From positions 1,984,001 through 2,048,000 of the forward strand of contig CAWJWJ010000002.1 of the NCBI GenBank assembly GCA_963846575.1: a stretch of 64,000 bases of DNA, in the 5' to 3' direction. Numbering within the stretch: the stretch's first letter is position 1; the number at the start of each line of letters is the position of its first letter. The notes beneath the pieces were generated by a model. That model worked only from the letters and a program-made list of their open reading frames with translations, did not search any database and was not told where the DNA came from. This document shows, piece after piece, positions 51,977 to 60,194 of this stretch. The stretch is from an uncultured Nitrospiraceae bacterium. Its GTDB lineage: Bacteria > Nitrospirota > Nitrospiria > Nitrospirales > Nitrospiraceae. The position numbers and the translations under genes were made by a program.

Positions 51977-53875
51977 TTACATTTTCCCCGCAAGCGACGG
52001 CGGCACCGTCGCAATCCGAGCCGCCTGGAATTGCAAATCCGGCAGCTTCTGCAACCCGAACCGGGCGATATAGAGAAAGATATATTCGCGGATGAAGAGC
52101 CGCAGATCCCAGCCGGGATTGTGGTTCCGCTCGAATTCCTCGAACACCCGCTCGGCCTCCTCGATGCTCAGCCCCTGCTTCACGGTGAAGTAGTAGTCGA
52201 GCGCCAGATCCCATTCGGGATTCTTGTAGGCGGTCACGCCCCACTTCTCCGGATGTTTCGCCACAGGATTATGCCGCCCGAGATCGAACGTGCCGAACCC
52301 CAGCGAATGGACATGGTCCTTGTTCTGCTCCAGGAACTCCACCGACGACCAGGCTTCCTCCCGCGTCTCGCCGGGAAAACCGAAGAACCCCATGCAATGG
52401 TTCCAAATGCCGACGTTCGCCGACAACTGCAGGTGTTTCGTGATCACCTCCGTCGTCGTCGCCTTGTCCATGAGCTTCAATACACGCTCGTTTCCCGACT
52501 CGTAGCCGAAATGCAAATACCGGCAGCCCGAGTCGCGCGCATCCTGCCAGACCTGTTCTTCCAGCAGACTTTTCTCGAACCGCATGTGCGTCGTCCAGAC
52601 GATGCCCATCTTGCTCTCGATGAGCCCGCGCGCCAGTTTGCGGAACAGCGCCGGCGGGTAGGACTCATCGGTAAAGTGAAAGTGCGTCGCGCCGTACTTG
52701 TCGCGCAGATGTTGCACCTCGGCCAGAATGTCCTGGATCTTCTTCGTCCGGTAGCCTGCCGTGTACCCCTCGCCATGGTCGCAGAACTCGCAGCGGCCCC
52801 AGTAGCACCCGCGCGTCGCCAGATAGGGCAGGATCTTCGTCGGCACGAAATACTTGTCGAGCGGCAGGCCGTCGAAATCCGGCGGCGGCAGCAGAGCCAT
52901 ATCTTCAGCATAACTCGTGGGCGAGGTATGCACGCCGGTTTCGTCTTTATACATAGTATTGGGCACATCCGCGAGACTCCGCTTCGCCCCTACGGCCGAC
53001 ACCAGCTGCACGAACGCCGTCTCCCCTTCATAGACCACGGCGCTGTCGAAGTATTGGAACAACGGCGACTCCGGCAGCACGTCGCGCAGGCGGGTGACCG
53101 TGTTACCGCCGATCGTCACATGAATGTGGGGGAAGTGCTGTTTGATGAGAGCGCAAAACGTCATGGAGGAAAACATCTGCTGCTGCAGAACGATCGAGAT
53201 CCCGATCACGTCGGGCTGCTCCCGCTCGATCGCCGGCTTCACGAGATGCTCGAACACGTCGCGATAGATGTTGACCTGGGTGTCGTTCACCGCATCCATC
53301 ACTTCGGCAGACACGAAGACTTTATAGGACAGATCGGTCTCCATGGGCGGCATGCAGATGCGGGCCGGCGCATAGACCATCGAGATCACGGTGGTGACCT
53401 CGCGGAACACATGAATGGCCCACTCCAACTGGTCGATTTCGTAGAAGACTTCACCCCTGATGATCGCCTTCGCCTTCTCCGCCTTCTTGATCAGGTCATC
53501 GATCCGCTGGCGCGTCAGGTCGCAGAGCGTCAGCTGGAGATCCTGCTCCCATTCCTCGAGTTCGCGTTTCTTGGCAAGCTTGCGGAGCCGGTCGAGCTGT
53601 TGGGGCACCCGGCGGAGAACCTTCTTCAAGAAGTCCTCGCTGAAGTACCAGTCGTACATCTCGAGGTTGATGTCTTTTTGCACGACCTCATGGCCGGCCT
53701 GGCGGAGGACGGCGGTCAGGGAGGGAAGGCTGAGATAGGGTTCGGAGGGGAACCAGTCGGGCGGGAAGATCAGCATGACCTTCATTTTCCGGCCGCCGGT
53801 GGCTTCTGACGACTGGCGCTGGAGCATCATCAGCTCGCGGGACGCACGCTCGCCCTTTGTATATTCGATCCTCAT
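51977..53875 (-). CDS. B12-binding-domain radical SAM protein (class B type), paralog of the downstream gene
   Basis: FPP..PYLSLPSL, PDVIGISI, TIGGN; RGCYWGRCEFC; FTDE, FGYES, GFPGET. Confidence 0.9.
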   Translation of the reverse strand: MRIEYTKGERASRELMMLQRQSSEATGGRKMKVMLIFPPDWFPSEPYLSLPSLTAVLRQAGHEVVQKDINLEMYDWYFSEDFLKKVLRRVPQQLDRLRKLAKKRELEEWEQDLQLTLCDLTRQRIDDLIKKAEKAKAIIRGEVFYEIDQLEWAIHVFREVTTVISMVYAPARICMPPMETDLSYKVFVSAEVMDAVNDTQVNIYRDVFEHLVKPAIEREQPDVIGISIVLQQQMFSSMTFCALIKQHFPHIHVTIGGNTVTRLRDVLPESPLFQYFDSAVVYEGETAFVQLVSAVGAKRSLADVPNTMYKDETGVHTSPTSYAEDMALLPPPDFDGLPLDKYFVPTKILPYLATRGCYWGRCEFCDHGEGYTAGYRTKKIQDILAEVQHLRDKYGATHFHFTDESYPPALFRKLARGLIESKMGIVWTTHMRFEKSLLEEQVWQDARDSGCRYLHFGYESGNERVLKLMDKATTTEVITKHLQLSANVGIWNHCMGFFGFPGETREEAWSSVEFLEQNKDHVHSLGFGTFDLGRHNPVAKHPEKWGVTAYKNPEWDLALDYYFTVKQGLSIEEAERVFEEFERNHNPGWDLRLFIREYIFLYIARFGLQKLPDLQFQAARIATVPPSLAGKM

Positions 53876-53947
53876 ACGCGGTGTGTCCGGTTCATGGGTG
53901 GCTCCGCGAAACCGTGTATAGACAATCAGTTAGCTGAGAACGCCTGC

Positions 53948-53977
53948 ATTCTACGAGGCGGGAAGAGGAAGGGTCAA
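53948..53977 (-). promoter_or_regulatory. Putative sigma70 promoter of the radical SAM pair
   Basis: TTGACC-N18-TAGAAT on the minus strand. Confidence 0.5.
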
Positions 53978-53994
53978 GGGGTGGGAGGGGGGGC

Positions 53995-54078
53995 GGCCTG
54001 ATGGTCTCCTGTGCTCGCGCAACGCGCGGTCGCAGACTTCCCTCGTTGGACGCGCGCAGTCAGGAGGCCCCACAGGCC
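53995..54078. repeat. Long imperfect palindrome (REP-like element)
   Basis: Nested pairings GGCCTG/CAGGCC, CTCCTG/CAGGAG, TGCTCGCG/CGCGCGCA and CAACG/CGTTG. Confidence 0.6.
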
Positions 54079-54392
54079 ACCCTCTGGAGAAAACCGGCAA
54101 AAACGGATGCAATATTTCATAGCGGAGCGCGCGCAGTGAGAGAACATCCGGCCCTGCCCTTGAAAGGGGTGAGAAGGGCGCGGGCGCGTTTTCGCTAGCT
54201 AGCACCAGGCGAGAAAGCCGTTGAGCCATGGGGAATCAGTACGGCTTACCCTAAGTCAACCAGACTGCGGATCAGGTTGAGATAGTCCCAGGTGAAAAGA
54301 CGGCTTCCCAGAATCAGAACGTTGGATCCACCTCCGGCTTTGCAGTACACTCGCCGCGGCACTCCCGGATAGACCAACCGAGAACTGAGTTT

Positions 54393-55082
54393 ATGCCAGA
54401 TACTGTTCTCTCCCATACTGAAATGTGTCGACGCGAAGGCGTCAATCTTCAACGGGGAATGAATTACGGGCTTGGAGGCAATCATTCCGTTATTCTCATG
54501 TCGGTGCGTCCGAATTCTCCGTATCGAGATCGCCTTGAAGATGGTGGCATTACGTTAATCTATGAAGGACACGACCAACCACAAACCCCGTTATGTCCTA
54601 TTCCAAAGAAGGTTGATCAACCTGGCGTTCTGCCATCCGGAAAGCTCACCCAGAACGGCAAGTTCCATGCAGCCGCACAAACATATAAGAAGGGAGCACG
54701 CTGCCCAGAGCGAGTCAGAGTATATGAAAAGCTTCGCTCAGGCATATGGTCATACAACGGAATCTTCCATCTCGTGGACGCTTGGCAGGAACGCGATGAG
54801 CATCGCCTTGTTTACAAATTTAAGCTCATAGCGGTGGAAGGTGACGAGGACTTTGCTGGGCCGGTTCACATGGACGCAGAGCGGCGCCGAATTATTCCAA
54901 CGGCCGTCAAGCTTGAAGTTTGGAAACGAGACGGCGGAAAGTGTCGGATATGCGACGCAAAGGACGAGCTGCACTTTGATCACATCGTCCCCTTCTCACG
55001 AGGTGGCACCTCGCTCACCGTCGAGAATGTTCAGCTGCTCTGCGCGCGTCACAACCTCCAGAAGAGAGCCAGCATCGTATGA
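54393..55082 (+). CDS. SRA/YDG-like domain + HNH endonuclease (putative modification-dependent restriction enzyme)
   Basis: N-terminal PYRDR...LIYEGHD...DQ...N...RVRVY...WSYNGIFHLVDAW...VYKFKL; C-terminal CRIC...HFDHIVPFSRGG...NVQLLCARHN. Confidence 0.7.
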   Translation: MPDTVLSHTEMCRREGVNLQRGMNYGLGGNHSVILMSVRPNSPYRDRLEDGGITLIYEGHDQPQTPLCPIPKKVDQPGVLPSGKLTQNGKFHAAAQTYKKGARCPERVRVYEKLRSGIWSYNGIFHLVDAWQERDEHRLVYKFKLIAVEGDEDFAGPVHMDAERRRIIPTAVKLEVWKRDGGKCRICDAKDELHFDHIVPFSRGGTSLTVENVQLLCARHNLQKRASIV

Positions 55083-55361
55083 GCACTTCCTATGATTACT
55101 GTTTTTGATGAAAATAATCGGACGATCACTTTTCTGCGCGGTTCCGCATCCGTCAAACCTCTCTCGTGCGGATGATTCATTGCTCAACAGGCACGAGAGA
55201 TCTCACAACAGACATCCCCTCCCCTCGCACCGCAATAGACGAGGCCGAGGAGAACCAGTAGAATGACCCTCGTTCCATCCGTATCCCCCCGCACGAAATC
55301 GTCATAAGGCGGTAGCGTACGCCTCGGCTAGCGCGGAGCGCTCACGATCCCAAGGAGCTAC

Positions 55362-56801
55362 ATGCAAAAGACCCGCATCATCTGCACCATCGGCCCCGCC
55401 ACCGACTCCTACGAGATGTTACAGAAGCTGTACGACGCGGGCATGAGTATCGCCCGGCTGAACATGTCTCACGGCGACCACGAATCCCACGCCAAGGTCA
55501 TCCAGCACATCAAGACACTCAACCGGAAGGTGAAGTTTCCCATCCCCATCCTCCTGGACACGCAGGGGCCGGAGATCCGCACCGGGCACCTCTCCAACGA
55601 GCTCGATCTGCGGCAGGGCGACATCGTCTCCGTCACCACGCGTGGACCGACGGACGTGGAAGAGAGCTCCATTCAGATCAACTATGAGGACCTGCTCGAG
55701 GCGGTCAACGTCGGGGACAGGATCACCGTGGATAACGGGCTGATCAATTTCGAAGTGCTGGAGAAGCAGGAGCGCCTCATGCGCTGTCGCGTCCTGGACG
55801 GCGGGCTCCTGAAGAGCAAGCGCCACGTGAACCTCCCGGGCATCCGGGTCAATCTCCCGGCGATCACGCAGAAGGACACCAAGGATATCCTCTTCGGCCT
55901 GGAACGGGATGTGGACTTCATCGCCCTGTCGTTCGTGCGCGAGGCGGGGGATGTCCAGCAGCTCAAGGCACTCCTGGGCGACAAGGCCGGCAGAGTCAAG
56001 ATTGTCGCGAAGATCGAAGATCAGGAAGGGGTCCGGAACCTCGAAGCCATCATCAAAGAATCGGACGGCATCATGGTCGCCCGTGGAGACCTGGGCGTGG
56101 AGATCAACCTGGAGGATCTGCCGAACGTCCAGCGCACGATCGTGCGGCTCTGCGCCGAATACGGCAAACGCGTGATCGTCGCGACCCATCTCCTCGAATC
56201 CATGATCCATTATCCGCATCCCACCCGCGCCGAGGTCACCGACGTCGCCAATGCGATCTACGAAGAGGCCGATGCCGTCATGCTGTCCGGGGAAACCACG
56301 GTGGGAAAGTATCCGCTGAAGTGTGTCGAATACCTCCGCAGGATTGCGTTGAAATCCGAAACGATCCCTGGTCTGCAATTCGCGAAACACTTGCGCAATG
56401 CAGGCAATAAGCAGCAGCTGGCGGGGGCCGCCGTTCAGCTCGCCGAAGGGGTGAAGGCCAGGGGCATCGTCGTGATCACCAGGCGCGGACTCATGGCCGA
56501 TCTCGTCGCAAACTGCCGCCCGTTCGCGACCACCATCTACGCCTTTACCAACATGAGCCAACCGCGGCGGACCATGATGCTCAACCGCGGAGTCCTGCCC
56601 TTCAAGATCGATTTCAGTTCGGACCCTGAGAAAACTCTGCAAACAGCCTTTCGGATCCTGAAAGACCGTGAAGGGTTTCAGGCCGGGGACAAGGTCGTGA
56701 TCATCTCCGACGTCCTGGCCCTGCAACGGGTCGACTCGATTCAGATTCGTGACATCCCCCCGGACGACCTCCCTCCCGGCGCATCCTCGGTGACTCGCTG
56801 A
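55362..56801 (+). CDS. pyk: Pyruvate kinase
   Basis: TRIICTIGPA, ARLNMSHG, DTQGPEIR, AKIE, MVARGDLG, PTRAE, MLSGET. Confidence 0.97.
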   Translation: MQKTRIICTIGPATDSYEMLQKLYDAGMSIARLNMSHGDHESHAKVIQHIKTLNRKVKFPIPILLDTQGPEIRTGHLSNELDLRQGDIVSVTTRGPTDVEESSIQINYEDLLEAVNVGDRITVDNGLINFEVLEKQERLMRCRVLDGGLLKSKRHVNLPGIRVNLPAITQKDTKDILFGLERDVDFIALSFVREAGDVQQLKALLGDKAGRVKIVAKIEDQEGVRNLEAIIKESDGIMVARGDLGVEINLEDLPNVQRTIVRLCAEYGKRVIVATHLLESMIHYPHPTRAEVTDVANAIYEEADAVMLSGETTVGKYPLKCVEYLRRIALKSETIPGLQFAKHLRNAGNKQQLAGAAVQLAEGVKARGIVVITRRGLMADLVANCRPFATTIYAFTNMSQPRRTMMLNRGVLPFKIDFSSDPEKTLQTAFRILKDREGFQAGDKVVIISDVLALQRVDSIQIRDIPPDDLPPGASSVTR

Positions 56802-56955
56802 GCGAGCGCCACTTGATTGGGTGGCCGTGAATTGACCCGGCACCGGTTGCCGGTGCGGCAAGCGGTTCGACCAGCAAGCCACTCCCGGGATGAGGCGCCG
56901 GCTCCGCCTTGAAAAAGACCCGTTCGCGCGCCCGCACGTGAACGGCGACCAGGCC

Positions 56956-57510
56956 TTACTCACCCGGGATACGGTATCGCAGCTCCGCGAAGCCGGGACC
57001 AATCGCGCGGGCCGACTCAAGAACGAGGGAGGGCGATGTGATTGTACGGGGCAGGAGCGGCTTACCCGATCCGAGAGTGACAGATCCGATGTGCACAATC
57101 AGTTCGTCGAGGAGTCCGGCGTCATAAAACTGTCCGACCAATTCGCCTCCGCCGACGAGCCAGATATTTTTGCCACGCGCCGCGTCCCTCATCTCAGCAT
57201 GCACGGGGCGAACGTCCCCCTCTACCAATCGGATCTCGGCACCTTCTACGAGGGGAAGCCGGCGACTCGAAAACACCCACGTGGGCTGCGTGTAAGGCCA
57301 GGCGACCGGTTCACGCCCTACGGCGTTGATGACATTGCGGAGCATCCACTCATAGGTGGCGGAGCCCATCGCCAAGGCGCCAACCTCCTTGATGAAGGCC
57401 GGATACCCTGTTTCATTGATATCGCCAAGGGGGAAGAGCCAGTCGAGAGAGTCGTCTAAAGTCGCGATGAATCCATCAAGAGTTGAGGCGGTGTAATACT
57501 GGGTAGTCAT
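56956..57510 (-). CDS. Dihydrofolate reductase / RibD C-terminal family protein
   Basis: ASTLDGFIA, MGSATY, IWLVGGG, GLLDEL, LGSGKPL. Confidence 0.88.
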   Translation of the reverse strand: MTTQYYTASTLDGFIATLDDSLDWLFPLGDINETGYPAFIKEVGALAMGSATYEWMLRNVINAVGREPVAWPYTQPTWVFSSRRLPLVEGAEIRLVEGDVRPVHAEMRDAARGKNIWLVGGGELVGQFYDAGLLDELIVHIGSVTLGSGKPLLPRTITSPSLVLESARAIGPGFAELRYRIPGE

Positions 57511-57611
57511 GGACGATGTACCTCCTTACAGACGCTCACATATTCAGCCTGATTCACGGCACACAAAGCGGGCCAGGAATTTTGTCGGAGGCCCCCAATT
57601 CCAACTCAACT

Positions 57612-57630
57612 AGGGTCAGGTCTTGCAATC
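57612..57630 (+). repeat. 19-bp direct repeat, copy 1 (AGGGTCAGGTCTTGCAATC)
   Basis: Identical to 60139-60157; both copies are followed by NNACAT. Confidence 0.85.
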
Positions 57631-57992
57631 ACACATCGGTCTGAGCTGCCTGCTTTGAAGGGCGGCCGGCCGTCGCAGAGACCGCACAATGGTCCTTTCG
57701 GACCTCCGATCCCTAAACTGACGGTGGGACGCATGTGAAGCGGGTCAACGCTTCTGTCCTCTGAAACCGAACCCGCGAAGAGGGCCGCCGTGTCTGCCTC
57801 TATCGAGTATGAGGAATGCCACCGACCACTCGATTCGACTGAGGCTGCGCCCGGGCTTCCTGGCGGCGGGGATGGGTCTGTCCCGTTGGTAGCATACGCG
57901 GTGCGATCTCCAGCCGCCCTGTTCAGGCCTGATCCCGAATCTCGAGAGAGCACCGGACCATCTGCAATCTGTCCTGGCGGGCTGCGGGCGAC

Positions 57993-58898
57993 CTACCTGC
58001 GTGAGCGGATTGCCGTGCAAACATCCCGGACGTGGCTGCGGAGCCAGCGATGCGCGAGATCGGCATCCAGCCGCGGGTGCCAGAGCAAGGACACCGTGAA
58101 CTCCCGCAGGGAGACCGGAAGAGGGAAGCTATGCATGCCAGCGCGCAGGTTGCCGGTGTGCCGTTCCGGGACCGTGGCGATCAGGTCGGAAGCCCGGGCC
58201 AGGCCCAGCGCAGTGGAGAATCCGGCGACGATCGTGACGATCTCCCGTTCCAGCCCTGACGGCTCCAGGGCGTCATCAATCGGTCCCCTGTCGAAACCCT
58301 CCCGCGAGACGCAGATGTGCCTGCCGCCCGCATAACGGGAGAGCGTGACCTTTCCCTTGCTCAGCGGATGCCCCTTTCGCACGACGCCAATCAAACGGTC
58401 TTTGAACAAGGCCTGCACACGGAGCTCCGGTGCCGTGGTCCTCTCCACCACACCTGTCTCCAGATCGACCGTTCCATCGCGAAGCGGCGTGCTGTCCTTG
58501 TTCGGCTTCTGCACGAAGCGCAGCCGCACACCGGGAGCCTCCTTGCCGATGCAAGCAATGAGGGCCGGTCCGAAGTTCTCCACAAAGCCTTCGCTGGTCC
58601 GAAGCGTAAACGTTCGGACGAGCTGTGTGAGGTTGAGGTTCCCGGCAGGGCGTAGGACAGCTGCGCCGTCCTGCACGAGTTGACTGACCCGCTCGCGGAG
58701 TTCGAGAGCCCGGGGTGTGGGTACGAGACCGCGCCCGGCCCGGATTAACAGCGGGTCGCCGGTCGTCTCACGCACTCGCGCCAGCGCCCGGCTCATCGCC
58801 GACGGGCTGAGCCGCAACCGTTGAGCCGCGCGCGCCACGCTACCCTCTTCCAGCAGCACATCGAGAGTGACCAGCAAGTTGAAATCGGGGGTCGACAT
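57993..58898 (-). CDS. LysR-family transcriptional regulator
   Basis: DFNLLVTLDVLLEEGSVARAA.RL.LSPSAMSRALAR HTH; C-terminal LLWHPR..D.AHRWLR. Confidence 0.93.
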   Translation of the reverse strand: MSTPDFNLLVTLDVLLEEGSVARAAQRLRLSPSAMSRALARVRETTGDPLLIRAGRGLVPTPRALELRERVSQLVQDGAAVLRPAGNLNLTQLVRTFTLRTSEGFVENFGPALIACIGKEAPGVRLRFVQKPNKDSTPLRDGTVDLETGVVERTTAPELRVQALFKDRLIGVVRKGHPLSKGKVTLSRYAGGRHICVSREGFDRGPIDDALEPSGLEREIVTIVAGFSTALGLARASDLIATVPERHTGNLRAGMHSFPLPVSLREFTVSLLWHPRLDADLAHRWLRSHVRDVCTAIRSRR

Positions 58899-59067
58899 GC
58901 CGCGACCTTACCACAACCTGATCCTGGCATGGCGTCACACGCATGGATAACGTGAACATGGTGCGTCTTCCGCTCTCTGACGCAAGGGGGTATGCTCCTG
59001 ACGGTCCGTGGTTGGAGTTGTCGGAACGCGGCGTGATGCAGCAGGCATTTTCATAGGAGGGTCTATC

Positions 59068-59709
59068 GTGGATACAACGTTTTGGCACCGCCGGTGGGAA
59101 ACTAATCAGATTGCATTCCACGCCAATGATGTCAACCCGCTTCTGGTCACCTATTTCCAGGAGCTTTCGATCGTGAATGGCCATCGTGTATTTGTGCCGT
59201 TGTGCGGGAAGACCCTTGATATTCCTTGGCTGCTTACCAGCGGGTATCGGGTTGCCGGCGCAGAATTGAGTCCCATAGCCATTGAGCAGTTGTTTGCAGG
59301 TCTTGGAATGGAGCCGCAGGTGTCGAGCGTTGGTGGTGTCGATCATTATCGCGCCAACAATATCGACATCTTTGTCGGTGACATATTTGATGTGTCTCCC
59401 ACGGTGCTCGGCCCGGTCGATGCCATCTATGACAGGGCTGCTTTGGTGGCCCTGCCCAAAGCCTTGCGCGATCGGTACAGCGCGCACTTGACCGAACTCA
59501 CGAATGCGGCGCCCCAGTTACTCATCTGCTATCAGTACGACCAACGCGTCATGGAAGGGCCCCCATTTTCGATCAGTCATCAGGAAGTCCATCACCACTA
59601 TGGAGATCGTTACGATCTCACTCTCAGGGCCACGTACGAGGTGCCTGGTGGATTGAAAGGACAATGCGCTGCACAAGAAGTTGTCTGGTTATTACGACAT
59701 GATGACTGA
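59068..59709 (+). CDS. tpm: Thiopurine S-methyltransferase (TPMT family)
   Basis: FWHRRWE.NQIAFH, VFVPLCGKTLD, YDRAALVALP, GPPFSI. Confidence 0.9.
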   Translation: MDTTFWHRRWETNQIAFHANDVNPLLVTYFQELSIVNGHRVFVPLCGKTLDIPWLLTSGYRVAGAELSPIAIEQLFAGLGMEPQVSSVGGVDHYRANNIDIFVGDIFDVSPTVLGPVDAIYDRAALVALPKALRDRYSAHLTELTNAAPQLLICYQYDQRVMEGPPFSISHQEVHHHYGDRYDLTLRATYEVPGGLKGQCAAQEVVWLLRHDD

Positions 59710-60120
59710 CATCAACGGGCATGTTGTGAGCAGACGGAATGAGGCTCTCCCGGGCGGGGCGGACGTGGCACGTCCGGTCCGGTGGTCGCTCGCCGGACTT
59801 TCACTCTCCATGTTGCTGTCCTCGCTCCACACCAGCATCGCCACCGTCGCCTTGCCGACGCTGGCACGGGCGTTCACCGCTTCGCTTCAGCAAGTCCAGT
59901 GGGTGATCCTCGCGTCTCTCCTCGCCGGCACGACCCTGATCGTCAGCGTCGGACGGCTCGGTGACATCATCGGGCGCCGACAGTTGCTCCTAACCGGAAT
60001 TGTCCTCTTTACGGCGGCTTCGCTCCTGTGCGGCCTCGCCCCCACGTTCTGGCTGTTAATTGCCGCCGGGTGGCGCAGGGCCTCGGAGGGGCCATCATGA
60101 TGACCCTGGTCACAGGCTGA
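59699..60120 (+). pseudogene. Truncated DHA2-type MFS transporter
   Basis: SIATVALP, QVQWV, GRLGDIIGRR (motif A); a frameshift near 60067 precedes RVAQGLGGAIMMTL, then the gene ends at a repeat. Confidence 0.8.
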
Positions 60121-60157
60121 GGGTCAGGTCACAGGCTGAGGGTCAGGTCTTGCAATC
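60108..60157 (+). repeat. Tandem 19-bp duplication overlapping direct repeat copy 2
   Basis: GGTCACAGGCTGAGGGTCA at 60108-60126 and 60127-60145; AGGGTCAGGTCTTGCAATC at 60139-60157. Confidence 0.85.
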
Positions 60158-60194
60158 GAACATGCCTGGTGCCTCGCTGCGGGTGACGGCCCCG

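Noticed and set aside
50004..52244. 746-aa version of the second radical SAM
   Set aside because: The extension overlaps the upstream paralog by ~270 nt; the ATG at 51974 fits operon spacing and paralog length.
52031..53809. 592-aa plus-strand ORF
   Set aside because: Antisense shadow of the B12 radical SAM gene; no recognisable motifs; expected with GC-rich codon usage.
53876..54392. Possible cobalamin riboswitch or RiPP precursor upstream of the B12 radical SAM genes
   Set aside because: No B12-box recognised; the predicted leader is only ~65 nt; the short ORFs overlap the palindrome and lack leader/core features.
55419..57098. 559-aa minus-strand ORF
   Set aside because: Antisense shadow of pyk; no motifs.
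60108..60157. CRISPR-like array
   Set aside because: Only two abutting units, no spacers and no cas genes.
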